DNA from: the human T2T-CHM13v2.0 reference genome, Homo sapiens
Reading direction: 5' to 3' (one strand)
NCBI RefSeq assembly: GCF_009914755.1
Contig: NC_060929.1
Length of the DNA: 64,000 bases
In this document: positions 27,351-42,181 of the stretch, piece by piece
Position numbering within the stretch: position 1 is the stretch's first letter
Layout of the letters: every line of letters begins with the position of its first letter
The notes under the pieces: model-generated
The model's input: only the letters and a program-made list of their open reading frames with translations
Databases searched by the model: none
Told to the model about the DNA's origin: nothing
Translations under genes and position numbers: made by a program

Positions 27351-28871
27351 ATCCCAGAAATGTATTTTAAAGAATTTCAGGTTTGAAAACTCAAACCAAC
27401 AGGAAGATATCACACCTTTGTATGTGCTTCTTTGTTCTTGAAGTAGTCATTATGGTTCATTGGAATCTACTGTAGCATAAGCTCCTAGGTTGCTCCATTT
27501 CTTAGGAAAATAGCAATGAATGAATGTATAGTAGCTGCATGTGTGAACTACTGCTGTAAAGTTTGCTGACATTTCTGCAACAACATTTCTCCATCTGATT
27601 TACCAGAACCTGTAACAAGACCAGAACATGTATTCATCCAGAAACTCCTGGGCTCTGCTTTGTTCAAAGAGGAGCAAATCCACATAGAAATTAAATGTTA
27701 TAAATTTATTTTTTTAAACTAATTTCCAAAGAATTTAGCTGAAGACTCAGAGTCAGCCTACCTCTTGACTCTCCACATCCGCATCTAAGATCCTGAAGGC
27801 CAAAGGAATGTGCCTGTGGGATGCCAAAGCCATCAGTAGCTGGAAGAAAGAATACCTCTTTCTAGAGGTTTGGTGTCCTCTTGCTGGCCTGTCATTATTT
27901 GGAAATACGCGCTTTTGGAATTTCCTTCATTTTCGCTATTTCCAGGTTCAGAAATCATACCTACCACTTGTTCTTTCTTTGCCCAGTAAAACTCAGGGTT
28001 TCTCTTATTCAGAGTTACCATGTTGCACACCCCCAGTGCTCAGCCTGCCCAGAAGCCCTTCTCTGATCTCAGCAAGATCTTAGTAGTAAAGCTAACGGAT
28101 CCATTGAAATTCATACTCAGCATCTGTGACTACTAGACAAAGCCCATTTACTGAACCATAAGTGTGCACTTTTAAACTAAATTGTTAACTGAAAGGGAAA
28201 AAATAGAAATGAGGGCATTTTGAAGTTTTTAGAAAAGAGAGGAAGAGCTGTTGGCCAGATCAAAGAGATACTTATAAGCCCGGCACAATTTTTAACATAA
28301 GTCATTCCTGGCTATTAAGTAAAATATTTCATGAACCAGAAGTCCTGTTTCTCTAATATTATAATTTGTTGAGGTTTGTGTGTGTGTGTGTGTGCATGTG
28401 CAGACACATGTACACATATAAATTGAATACAAAAATAGCTCTATAACACCAAAAAACAGAGTTTACAGAAAATAAACACAAAAGCTATATCTGCAAGACA
28501 AGTTTGATTCATCTAGTTTCATATAGTTTCATATAGTTTCATTTTTATTAATATTTAGGTTTAACTTATAGTTCTGCAATTATTTAAAAAACAAGTACAG
28601 AGCGTTTGATTAAAAAAAGTCAACAAATGTTTCAAAACAGCTTTGTACAAATGTTATAAAACATATTTAATGATTAAGAAATGTACTAGACTCTATCATT
28701 TACTTTTAAAACATTTAATTAGAAAAACAGGTGATATTTAAGACTATTTATAAACTTATTGGCCAAATTGCCAAAAAGTTTCTTTTTCTCTAACTTTGGT
28801 ATTCTAAATAATTGATTATTGCTCCCATTGTAAACTGAACCATGTATGCACTCTCTTTTCTGACCAAACTA

Positions 28872-29085
28872 CAATGGTATATTGGTAAATTATTTAACAA
28901 CACACTGTCCAGGAGGGAAAAAAAAAAAACAGTCTCTGATTTGTATCATTTGCCAATTTCCATGGTCCAAATATTCTCTCTCCATTTTCAAACTACCAAA
29001 GTGACCCTAATCAGCTTACAAAATTCCTGGAAATGTATCTGCCACCTCTTACCAACCAGTGTGAGCTGACTTCAGCACACCACTG
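28872..29085. mobile_element. hAT DNA-transposon MITE (MER63-like) in the 3' UTR
   Basis: Imperfect TIRs CAATGGTATATTGG / TCAGCACACCACTG; about 210 bp. Confidence 0.6.
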
Positions 29086-29097
29086 AGACAGATTACA

Positions 29098-29141
29098 CGA
29101 TAGACAGATAGATAGATAGATAGATAGATAGATATTGATAG
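29098..29141. repeat. (GATA)n tetranucleotide microsatellite
   Basis: GATAGACAGATAGATAGATAGATAGATAGATAGATA. Confidence 0.9.
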
Positions 29142-32100
29142 AGAACATGTTGTGTCTATATACATATCCAATGACACACAGTATAATCATGTTTTAAATT
29201 ATGCCAAAAGTACTGATTATATCAAGCCCAGTAAACATAATGCTACACAGCACCCATTCTTTAATTTTGATTTCTAAAATTATAACCTTCCTTTGATATT
29301 AATAAAATGTTATGAACTTGCAGGAGAAGGAAGGAGTTGAAAGAAGGAAAATATAAAGGGTGATCCACAGTGAAAATCAGACCTACACAAGCCACAAAAA
29401 AATTGTCTCATTTTCCCAAGGAATTCAAAGTCCTGTGATACACATTACAAAAGATGACACTTTGTAAATATTTTGAACTTCTATGATCCAATTTCAACTT
29501 CATTGGTCCAATTTGTCAAACTATTTTCCTCTGAGCACTAGATTCATGGGCAATTTAATCTCTGAATATTTTCTGTGTCATAAGTGTGCTTGAAAAGAGG
29601 CTTGTAGTAAACAGATATTTTTACAAAATTTGATGCTTCTGCAACCATAATAATTTTATCTATAAATGCGTATATACATATATATATATATATACACATA
29701 CACTCACATGCAGATATTTACATATATAGATATTCTCTTTTCCTTTTATAAAATCAAAGTCTAGGCTCAATTGGAAAATGGAAATATTTGCACCAAAAGA
29801 AAAAAGTGCCATTGTTGTGATCAATGGAGTAAAGCTGGGGTATAGTAGAGGCTGGGGAAGCCCTGCCCATGTTCTCTCCAAGGCCACAGCTTGCACACCG
29901 TGAATGGTGGCCCCACTGGCTCCATGGAGTGTGCCTTCACGCGGGGGAATGTCCTTGTCCAACACGCTGTAATCTACTCCATGGGAACTGACTGTCCTGC
30001 TTTTCACAACATTGAGAAACAGGCCCAGAGCCTGTCTCATGTGCCAGGTGCAGTCACATTATTGTTAAAATAAAGTGGCTTCTGACAAATCAGTTCTTCA
30101 AAATAGCATCCTATGTACTTTTCATTTCTTCCAACAACCCTCAGGCCCCCTTTTGCCAGTTTTCTCCCCCAGGGGAGATTTTCAAGACTACTGGAGAAAA
30201 ATCTGTTAATAAAACATTTGCTCTGAGTACCAGCTTCAGTGACTCAATCATTTATACAGGATTTCAGTGTTTTGTTCTGCAGCGGTGTTCTAAAGGGTTC
30301 ACATAGTATAATGGAGGAGGGACAAAGCAGAATATACTTCCAAGCTGGAACATCTTTAAGACATTTACAAACTGTTATGGGACACTATCAGCAACTACGC
30401 CTGCGGAAGCTAGCAGGATTTAGCTCTTCAATGGCCCTCCAAATGCACCCAACAATCGCCAACCTCACCCATGGAAATCATCTAAAAAATGAAAAGAAGG
30501 GCCTTAAAGTCCTCACATGGATGCTGTATTTATAACTAAAATGTACAGTTTAATTCTAAATAGCAGGCTTTTAAATGCAAACAGCTTCCAGGTGAGTCCT
30601 CTGGCTGCCAATCAGACTGCTGATTCTAAACCATTCTCACACAGAATTTCTGAAACCAACACCAGGTATTAATTGTTAACTGCAGTGAAAGGAAACCAAG
30701 GCACATTACAAAAGGCTAAATGCTGCTGTTTCTAAGTGGAAGCACTGTTGAACAACACTCTTAGGTGGAATAAGAAAATTAGGGTTAAACTGTAACATTG
30801 TAATCGGACGAACAAATCAGCATCTTTGATCCTCAGGTTAAAATTTAATCTTAAATTTAGAAATTCAAAGTAACAGCCTTTAACCATTAACCTTGAGGAA
30901 AATGTGAAGTAGCATCTGGAGTCTCTTAAGCCCCAGCCCTGTTGTCCCCTACAGCATCTCCACCCAGGAAGTCCAGTTCCTAACTAATGGGAATGGATCC
31001 TTTTCCCATTATAAAGGGCCGATGCTTAACCCTTGAACCCACTACTGTTCTTATGCCCCAAGATCTGCACCTTACATCAGGCACCCGGGAATGCTTCTCA
31101 TTGAAATTTTACCATACCAAAAAATATGTAAGGGTGACTCATCACTCCTAACTTTGGACTCCTTGCTTTGAGATCGGTATTTTTTTCTCTCTCTTTACAT
31201 ATAGCAAAAGCTTTCCCCAGTAGCTGATGAATTTAGAACTTTATACAAGACTCCCTAGCATTTTCCTCCTCCCACAGGCTGGAGAATTTCAGTGCTATCA
31301 GACTGGGCAGTAGGAGCCAGAGCCAATTTGCAGGATCTCTTTTCCTTCTGCCTTCCAGTTGGCTTCTCTTCTCAGCTGCGTGGTGGGGATGATTTGGGGT
31401 TTCCTCAGCAAGGCCATTCTCTGCCTTGTGCCCATAGCAGGGCCTTGGGTGGTGACATGTTATCTTTGTTGGTGAGCAGACACTCAGAGATCCTTTAATT
31501 ATCTGACACACCAGGGAAATCTTGGCAATCAACTAAGGACCTGTGACACTCATAACTATGATTACATTTGGCTTTAGCATATTTCAGGTAATATCTTTAT
31601 GAAAAAAAGATGAAGTATGGAATTGTAGGAACTCTTTTGCAATAGACTGAGATCCAATGTTTAAATCTTTTTATTTCAGTTTGATCTGTGCCTTTAGATT
31701 GGGGACAAAATTTTAAAAACAAATCTTCCAAATGACACCACAATGAAAGCCAGTTGTGGTCTTGAAAAATCTCTCTATTGCATTACTTATCCTCACCCTT
31801 GTTTTTTAAGAGGTAGAGAGAGATTACTGGGAAGCAGTGAGCCAACATAATTGTCCTTTCCTCTACAGAATAGCTGTGCAGAAGGGGACCACCACACTTA
31901 GGACCAGTGCCAGGTGACAATCTTTCTGTCATGCTGCTGCAGCATTTTGCACCTTGAGAGACAGGAAAAAAAATGGGGGTGAGGGAGTGGAAGATGATGA
32001 AACTATTTCTCTTTTATGTCTACATCCTTACTCCTCAAAATACTTTAAGCTCACTCAGACCCCATATACCCTGCCCACAATACTAACACATGTACTTTGC

Positions 32101-34439
32101 ATAAGTAAATTGTTGATTAAATAAGAGCAAAACTATATTCTTATGTGTAGATTAACCAAGGCTAATTTCCTGGAGTTTAATACACTTTGGATTCAAGTAA
32201 AAACAATCACTTAATGCAGCAACATCTCAGACCCTCTTCACTCTAGAACCATTTTATACAAGAGAACTCAACATTTACTGTTTTATTTCTGATATTGCCT
32301 GCCATTACTCAGGATGCAAGAGATGCTCTGCATTCCTTATTAGGAAAAATTGGCCTGTAAGGAGAATGGTATACTGCGTATTACTACTGTGAGACTGTAA
32401 AATTGTTAATGGACAGTGTAAAGAATTGTATTCATTTTATTAGCAAGAAAAATATTGCATACAAGAACTACTGCCCTGAAATATCCATCACTCCAATGAA
32501 CTGTTCTGCCTGATCTAACATAAAGTTATATTTCATTGCTCATTTTTTTTTGCCTCACTAAAATGACTAACTTAAGGGAATGTGCATTTCTACAAGACTT
32601 TAATTGGATAAACTCATTAGAAGAAAATGTTTCGATTGCATTCAGGAACAAAGAAGCATAACCTTTGTTGACTCTTGTAATTTATTATATGCTTCATTTA
32701 AACCCATTTTGTAAAGAAATCAGGTAACAGTCATTTAACCTGATATAATTAGAAATAGCTGAGAGAGTAAAAAAGCATTTTGAATGTCCTATGTATGGCA
32801 TATCCTGTACACCAATTGAAGGTCAGAGCTTTGGTATTTTTGTATAATTCTGTCTTATCTGGTGCATCAGCTGTGTATTTTACGTCAAGGTAAATGAGCA
32901 TCCTGTTTTATATGTTAAATTTTAAAAATGACGTTTTCAAAGAAGAATGTGATTGCTGTGATTTTTAAGTGTGTATATTTTTTCCAAAATTAATGTGACT
33001 TCTTCTGAAGCTCCAACCTTTTTTTTTTTTTTTTGATGCTTTGGCAGGTTTTCACTCTAATGCTCTAAAAGGAAAAAGCAAAAAGTAAATTAAGTCTGTC
33101 TGTGGTGTTTCCTGTACAAGATTTAGCAATGTGATTAGTTTTTTTGTGAACTTGAGACAAAAACCACAGGATCTATAATACTATATATCTTCTTCTAATG
33201 AGATGTTTTAATAATAAATAGTCTGCAGTATAAACATAGATTATACCACATAGGTGATATAAAAAAAATCAAGAAATTTAAACGTAGTTATTTTCTTTAT
33301 TCAATTTATAGTTTATTATATAAAATTATTTAATATATTAGGGCTAGAAGAAAATACAGGAAGAAGTTTTAGTAAAAATAACACATGGTCATCTTATTTA
33401 AAATTTCACCCTCAAACTATGCTATGGGGTGAGTGAGAAGCTATTGTTACAGAAGACACAGACTGAATTATGAAGGGGTTATTTGTCAGGTCATCTACCT
33501 AAGTTTTGGCAGAGCACATTTTCACTGCCCTATCTTTTCTCTCTTACTGTAAAGTAAGTGCTTTTTCTCTCTCTTCACCCCTTATCCAGGAAGAGAATAC
33601 AGTGGAGTTACTAAGGAAGAATCTGGATATATTCACTGGAAAATAAATGGTATACCTCAAGATTTATTATTTGTACATCCAGAGAATATCACAACATTTA
33701 CTTCCTTACCTTCATTTACTTTGATTATAAAAATAATGTGATCCGCATAGGCAGATGTCAAGTGTAATTTCACCAAACAGAAGTGATCATGAATTAAGAA
33801 GACTGAAGATTATGTCTATTTATTCTTTATAACAGCAATATTATTTTAATTGCTTAAAAATATGTGAATATTAATTGTTAAATCAAGAAAACATTTATGG
33901 TAAAAGGGGGATGTATACACATGTAGATAATTTGAAAACCACAAGAAATAATTTTAAAATAGCCATCATACCAGTACCAGAAATTATATGCTAAAAATCA
34001 TAAAGAATATAGTACCCTGTACTTTTAAAAACTATAATATTATATTTCTTAATTTTTCTCTAGTAAAAAAAGGATGATGGTCATCAAATACTTTCCCTTG
34101 CTTTGAAGTTGACAATAAGGAAGAAAATTACCCACTCGCCTCCTTCTCCTTCTGAGCCAATAACTGCTATACACATACACATACACATATGGCACACTAG
34201 AATTCTCCATAGTCTGCATGGAGAATAATTACTTCTTTACCTACTTCTTCAAGCAAAAGTGGGATGGGGCAAAGAGCAAAGAGTGATGGGGGAAAGATGG
34301 GTAAGATAATGTCACTAAGAATGATAGCATATTTGGCCTTGTTTATTATGCAAACCAACTATATTATTTTATTAATAATCCCAGAGAAAGAAAGAATTTT
34401 TGCCAGAAACAAAAGACCTGGCATCATTACAAGCATTAG

Positions 34440-34765
34440 CAAAAAAAAGACAGTAAATAAGGAACAGAGGAACACATGAGACAGGAGACATATAGAAAAC
34501 AAACAGCAATATGGCAAATATAACTCTGGCCATATCAATAATTACATTAAAGGTAAATGATCTAAACACCCAAATCAAAAAGCAGAGATTTTCAGACTGA
34601 TAAAAGAATAAAGTTGATCTACATGCCCTCTAAAAGAGAAAGACTTTAGCTTGAAAGGTGCAAGTGGGTTGAAAGAAAAACGATGGAATAAAAATACACT
34701 ACGCAAATAGTAACCATAAGAGAGCTGGAGTGGCTATATTATATCAGACAAAATAAACTTTAAGA
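34440..34765 (+). mobile_element. Old L1M fragment (start of the ORF2 endonuclease)
   Basis: AATTACATTAAAGGTAAATGATCTAAACACC...GCTGGAGTGGCTATATTATATCAGACAAAATAAACTTTAAG. Confidence 0.75.
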
Positions 34766-35984
34766 TGTGTCTAGTTCCAGGCATAGGAAGATTCTAATCT
34801 TGTGAAGGAGACAGGGACCCATGGAAATCTGCTAAGCATGTAGATATTCTAGATTTTTGCTTGGATTGACTTTGATGTCCTGTAGATTTTCAAGGACCAT
34901 TGACACCTGAAATAAAACTCGGATGAAGGAAGAATCCATGGAGTCACCCCACTTTGAAATTTGTCTTAAGTTCATGTGTAGGGGGATCCCTAACCTACAC
35001 AGATTCTGGTTGCCATGGTCTAATTGCTACCCCAGTGGCAGGAATAATAGAACAGGCATCATAGTCCATAGGCACCTAGGCTTCCAAGCAGTTCACAGAT
35101 TTTGGTCATGTGCCAGGTCTCTAGTTAGTACTTCACTGGCAAGTGCTGGCTTGAATTAATAAAAGCAGCATTGAAATATCTGTGGGTTTTGTCTTTAGCT
35201 TCCACTTCACCCAGCTATTTTTTTGTTTTTGTAGTATCTTTCAACTGATTGTGTGGCATGAATTCATTTAGATACCACAACTCAGAATGGCATTCCAAAG
35301 GCAAGAGTGGAAATGTCTCAACTTGGTAAATAAAAATAGCAACCAGATTCAGCCATCAGACGGTAATTAGTGGAGCTGGAAGCTAGCCATTCCAAGGACT
35401 AACTATCCTTGATAAAACGCCCAAGGCTCTTTAGCTTTGCATGCTCAATCTCTCCTTTTCTGTTTTCTTCCTTCCTTTACTCAGATTTTTCTATTCTATT
35501 TCACTCAAGTACCATCTGTTATTCCTTTTCACACACTTTTCAGACCCTTCTTTTATTCCTGCCCATTCTGCATACCTCATCGTTAAAAGGCGGGTAATTC
35601 TACAAAGATTCCAATTAGTGTATTGTTTGACGGCTGATCAGGTTTTCCCCCTTTTAAGATGAACCACTGAATAAATGGTGTAAAGAATGTAGTCTTGTGT
35701 TGCCAACATCTTGTCAGAATTTTTTTTGAAGTTTGAGTTCACTATTGTCCACTTGAGTTGCCATTAAGCATAATGTATATCTCTGTGTGAACATGTCTGA
35801 GCCCATATGTGAGCAAACACGTGAATGAAGATTGTATTTTTAGATGGAAAGTCATTTGAATTCTGAAAGTGGCAGGACATGTAAGGCAGTAATACAGGGA
35901 AAGTAGGTAGTTTTGAATGAAACTGATGGTGACTGGTGAAGTCTCCCAATTTTCTATGGGGAGGGGAAGAAAGGTAAGAGACTA

Positions 35985-36220
35985 ACATTTGTTGTCTGCC
36001 TCCCACATGCCAGGCATTGAGCTAGGCAATTTTCCAACATCAAGCCTTTTAATCCTATCAGCAACACTAAATGGTATTATTATTATTATTCCTATTATAC
36101 AGATGATGTAATTGAGACCCAAAGGACCTAAGGAGCTACTTCAAGGCTATAAAGCTAGTAAGTAGTGATGTAGAAATAAAAACCAAGATCTATCTGAGTC
36201 CGAAGCTGCTTCCCCAAGGA
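35985..36220 (-). mobile_element. MIR SINE
   Basis: ATGCCAGGCATTGAGCTAGGC...TATACAGATGATGTAATTGAGACCC. Confidence 0.6.
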
Positions 36221-36363
36221 CAGGAACTTGAGAGGAAGTCACTGGAAGAGAAATGAAAACACAGAGGTAGAGGAGAACACACATCTATTTTGGTAGTACT
36301 TGGCACATAGTAACTTTCAGTAAATATTTGTTTATTGCTGAATGGATGCAAAAATTGATCAAC

Positions 36364-37046
<683 letters not shown>

Positions 37047-38335
37047 AGTCCACCTCTGTCAACTTGTCACCCATACACATCTCCTTAAGCCATACTTAAC
37101 CTCAAAATAAAGGCAATAACAAGGTCATAATTTCACCAAACATGATACAATTATCCTGCATACCACTAAAAATGCACTAACCCCTTCCCCAGAAAAGGAG
37201 GCAAAGTCTTTGAAATTCACTCTTCTCCTTGATGTCTAGTAACTGAAATACTATGATTGAAAATTAACAATATTTAACTATGATATAAAGTCAATACATC
37301 TGCAGTTACATGACAAAAGAATCAGAGAGAGTGAAAATCAAAGATATTTTCTTAATACGTACAAATATAATTATATTTAAAACATATTCACATTCTAAAC
37401 AAAATAAGGAGGACTATTCATAACAATTACAGTCCTCTTTTTTTTGTAACTGGTCACTTGTAGCTGATACTTACAGCTACCTTCTTCCACTAGCCACTCT
37501 ATGTTCCTTTTCCCTTCAGCAAGCTCCTTATTTGGTCATGGTTCTTCACCTGGTAGAATGACCCAAATCTTCATTCCTGAAGAGTCTGAGCCATTAGTAG
37601 TCCTTCCTGGATTGGGCTGTTGTAGCTTTCCATTGATTATAATCACAAGGTAAGGTAATACTCAGTGACACACTAAGGGATCTCTTGGAATTCAAGCATG
37701 TTCTTTCTTACCTCAATTGTGGAGTAGCAGTTGAATTTCTCTTCTGTAGCAAGGATCAGCCACCTCACCCAGTATAATATTATAACTCACTTCTTTGCCT
37801 ATTGATTCAGAGTCATGAGAAGCTCAAAGGGGCCAGGTGGCAATCTTAATTTCCAGTTCAATGGAATCATTTTTGTGTCTCCTGGTGGGAGCATTCTTCC
37901 CTTAGGAACTGAGATCCCTAGGCCACCAGAGCATAAGGTTATGAGAACAGAAAGCAAAAATTTTGTTAGTGGGTCCCTGCGGGTAATAGTGAGTGGAGTC
38001 ACTCCTATTTCCACCTTTGATTCCTGGACTCATGAATCCTAGTTATTGGAGAAACAGCACCATATACTGGACAGTGATTCAGAGTATATTCAGCCTTGTA
38101 GAGAATCTTGCCCATGCCCTCTGATGTACTGCCACCTAGCTGGTGCTATAGCTGAGTCTTCAGAAGGACATTCCACTGTTTCATCAGACCAGCTGCTTCA
38201 GTATGGTGGAGAACATGGTAAGATTAGTGAAGTCTATGAGCCTGGGCCCACTGCTGCACTTACTTTGCAGCAAAGTGAGTTTGTCAGTCAGAAGCAATGC
38301 CATGGGGAATACCATGATGGTGAATAACGTTTTAT
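37047..38335 (-). mobile_element. ERV-L internal remnant: degenerate integrase core and dUTPase region, polypurine tract next to the LTR
   Basis: Minus-strand peptides GIPHGIASD...HFAAK...YHVLHHTEAAGL..WNVLLK (integrase) and VPKGRMLPPGDTKMIPLNWKLRLPPGPFELL (ERV-L dUTPase-like). Confidence 0.85.
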
Positions 38336-38914
38336 AGTTATATTTTTCCAGCTCACTTACATCTCTTTGGCAAGGAAACCATGAACATACAAAATGATCA
38401 CTAATCATAGACTTGAACCCTTGGAGGCAGTTGAAAAATCACCCAGTACTGGAAACTTCTTTACAACATCCCGAACAGTGAAACCTGGTCTATGCTTGGG
38501 CACTTTCAACCGTAAGGTCCTCAGTATCCCAGCTGTAGCTTCTGTTCTGCTTTTGTGAAGCACTAGTTATTTGAAAGTATATCTTTCATTTCAAATTCTA
38601 ATATTTGCTATGCATCAACAAAAGTCTCTGTATTTATGTAAGTGTTCTTTAACCTATTAAGTATAACTTAGGGCAATGAGTTCCATAAACTTACTACCTA
38701 TCGTGCAAAGTAAGATTTTATTTAATGTTTCCATTTCCTTATTAATTTAAGATCTAAAATCGCCTCTCCAGTTAATGTCTCTCAATGTATTTACCCTCTA
38801 CTAACTGTCAGAACTCTCAAACCAGTGTTTTCATTCATCCAAAACATAAAGAAGCAGTATTAGTAGACTGTAATATTAGGATAAAATATAGCAATATTAG
38901 AATTATTACTATAT

Positions 38915-39206
38915 AGCCGGGCGCGGTGGCTCACACCTATAATCCCAGCACTTTGAGAGGGTGAGGCAGATGGATCACTTGAGGTCAGGAGTTTCAGACC
39001 AGCCTGGCCAACATGGTGAAACCCCATCTCTAGTAAAAATACAAAAATTAGCCGGGCATGGTGGCACATGCCTGTAACTCCAGCTATTCGGTAGGCTGAG
39101 GCAGGAGAATCACTTCAGCCCAGAAGGCGAAGGTTGCAGTGAGTCAAGATCACGCCACTGCACTCTAGCCTGGGTGACAGAGCGAGACTTCATCTCAAAA
39201 AAAAAA
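38915..39206 (+). mobile_element. AluS (Sx-like) with TSD AAT(T/G)ATTACTATAT
   Basis: Full dimer; TSD at 38901-38914 and 39207-39220. Confidence 0.93.
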
Positions 39207-41926
39207 AATGATTACTATATAATAAACTATTAAACTATTATAAAAATCAAAACAACATATAATAGTGCAAACATAAGTAAGGCAGTTATGATGCATTTTG
39301 CATCTAATGATCTTTTCTCACAGTGACAATACAAGCGGATCCTTGACAGAATTATTAAAGTTATAAGGTGACAGAAATGCATTTTACAAATAACATAGTA
39401 GCTTGTAATGGTGCTGATCCAAAAAATACTACCAATTTAAGGTCTTAGATCTTTGTATTATTATGAGAATAGGTAAAATGTTTTACCTCACAACTATTTA
39501 ACATTAGCCGGCCTGCTTACATCTTTAATACAAATTGAAAACTGGTGAAATTTTTAAATTATTATTATACTTTAAGTATACATGTGCAGAACGTGCAGGT
39601 CTGTTACACAGGTATACATAGGTATACACATGCCATGGTGGTTTGCTGCACCCATCAACCCATCATCTACATTACGTATTTCTCCTAATGCTATTCCTCC
39701 CCTAGCCCCCCACCTCCTGACAGACCCCGGTGTGTGATGTTCCCCTCTCTGTGTCCATGTGTTCTTATTGTTCACCTCCCATCTATGAGTGACAACATGC
39801 AATGTTTGGTTTTCTGTTCAAGTGTTAGCTTTCTGAGAATGATGGTTTCCAGCTTCATCCATGTCCCTACAAAGGACATGAACTCATCCTTTTTTATAGC
39901 TGCATAGTATTCCATGGGGGCATATGTGCCACATTTTCTTTATCCAGTCTATCATTGATGGGCATTTGGGTTTGTTCCAAGCCTTTGCTATTGTGAAGAC
40001 TCCTGCAATAAACATTCGTGTGCATGTGTCTTTATAGTAGAATGATTTATAATCCTTTGGGTATATACCCAGTAATGGGATTTCTGGGTCACATGGTATT
40101 TCTGGTTCTAGATCTTGAGGAATTGCCACACTGTCTTCCACAATGGTTGAAGTAATTTACACTCCCAGCAACAGTGTAAAAGCGCTCCTATTTCTCCAAA
40201 ATCTGTTGTTTTCTAACTTCTTAATCATGGCCATTCTAACTGGTGTGAGATGGTATCTAATTGTGGTTTTGATTTGCATTCCTCTAATGACCAATGATAA
40301 TGAGCTTTTTTTCATATATTTCTTGACCATATAAATGTCTTCTTTTGAGAAGTGTCTGTTCATATCCTTCACCCACTTTTTGATGGGATTGTTTGTTTTT
40401 TTCTTGTAAATTTGTTTAAGTTCCTTGTAGATTCTTGATATTAGCCCTTTGTCAGATGGATAGATTGCAAAAATTTTCTTCCATTCTGTAGGTTGCCTGT
40501 TCACTCTGATGGTAGTTTCTTTTGCTGTGCAGAAGCTGTTCAGTTTAATTAGATCCCACTTGTTAATTTTGGCTTTTGTTCATTGCTTTTGGTGTTTAGT
40601 CATGAAGTCTTTGCCCATGCCTATGTCCTGAATGGTAATGCCTAGGTTTTCTTCTAGGGTTTTTATGGTTTTAGGTCTTACGTTTAAGTCTTTAATCCAT
40701 CCTGAATTAATTTTTGTATAAGGTGTAAAGAGGGGTCCAGTTTCAGTTTTCTGCATATGGCTAGCCAGTTTTCCCAACAACGTTTATTAAATAGGGAATC
40801 CTTTCTCCATTGCTTGTTTTTGTCAGGATTGTCAAAGATCAGATGGTTGTAGATATGTGGTGGTATTTCTGAGGCCTCTGTCTGTTCCATTGGTTTATAT
40901 ATCTGTTTTGGTACCAGTACCATGCTGTTTTGGTTACTGTAGCCTCATAGTATAGTTTGAAATCAAGTAGCGTGATGGCTCCAGCTTTGTTCTTTTTGGT
41001 TAGAATTGTCTTGGCTCTTTTTTGATTCCATATGAAATTTGAAGTAGTTTTTTCTAATTCTGTGAAGAAAGTCAATGGTAGCTGGAGGGGGTTGCATTGA
41101 ATCTACAATTAGTTTGGGCAGTAAAGCCATTTTCATGATATTGATCCTTCCTATCCATGAGCATGGAATGTTTTTCCATTTGTTTTTGTCCTCTCCTATT
41201 TCCTTGAGCAGTGATTTGTAGTTCTCCTTGAAGAGGTCCTTCACATCCCTTGTAAGTTGGATTTCTAGGTATTTTATTCTCTTTGTAGCAATTGTGAATG
41301 GGAGTTCACTCATGATTTGGCTTTCCATTTGTCTATTATTGGTGTATAGGAATGCTTGTGATTTTTGCACATTGATTTTTGTATCCTGAGACTTTGCTGA
41401 AGGTGCTTATCAGCTTAAGGAGATTTGGGGCTGAGACGACGGGGTTTTCTAAATATACAATCATGTCATCTGCAAACAGAGACTGTTTGACTTCCTCTTT
41501 TCCTAATTGAACACCCTTTATTTCTTTCTCTTGCCTGATTGCCCTGGCTGGAACTTCCAATACTATGCTAAATAGGAGTGGTGAGAGAGGGCATCCTTGT
41601 CTTGTGCCTCTTTTCAATGGGAATGCTTCCAGCTTTTGCCCATTCAGGATGATATTGGCTGTGGGTTTGACATAAATAGCTGTTATTATTTTTAGATATG
41701 TTCCATCAATACCTAGTTTATTGAGAGTTTTTAGCATGAAGGGCTGTTGAATTTTATGAAAGACCTTTTCTGCATCTATTGAGATAATCATATGGTTTTT
41801 GTCATTGGTTCTGTTTGCGTCATGGATTACATTTATTGATTTGTGTACGTTGAACAAGCTTTGCATCCCAAGAGTGAAGCCAACTTGATTGTGGTGGACA
41901 AGCTTTTTGATGCGCTGCTGGATTCA

Positions 41927-42181
<255 letters not shown>

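Larger units (their letters stand above)
26209..33240 (+). other. ITGA1: ITGA1 3' UTR (long, AT-rich); the distal boundary cannot be fixed from sequence alone
   Basis: Follows the stop codon; largely repeat-poor; AATAAA at 27345, 28471, 29301, 30069, 30208 and 33213. Confidence 0.55.
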
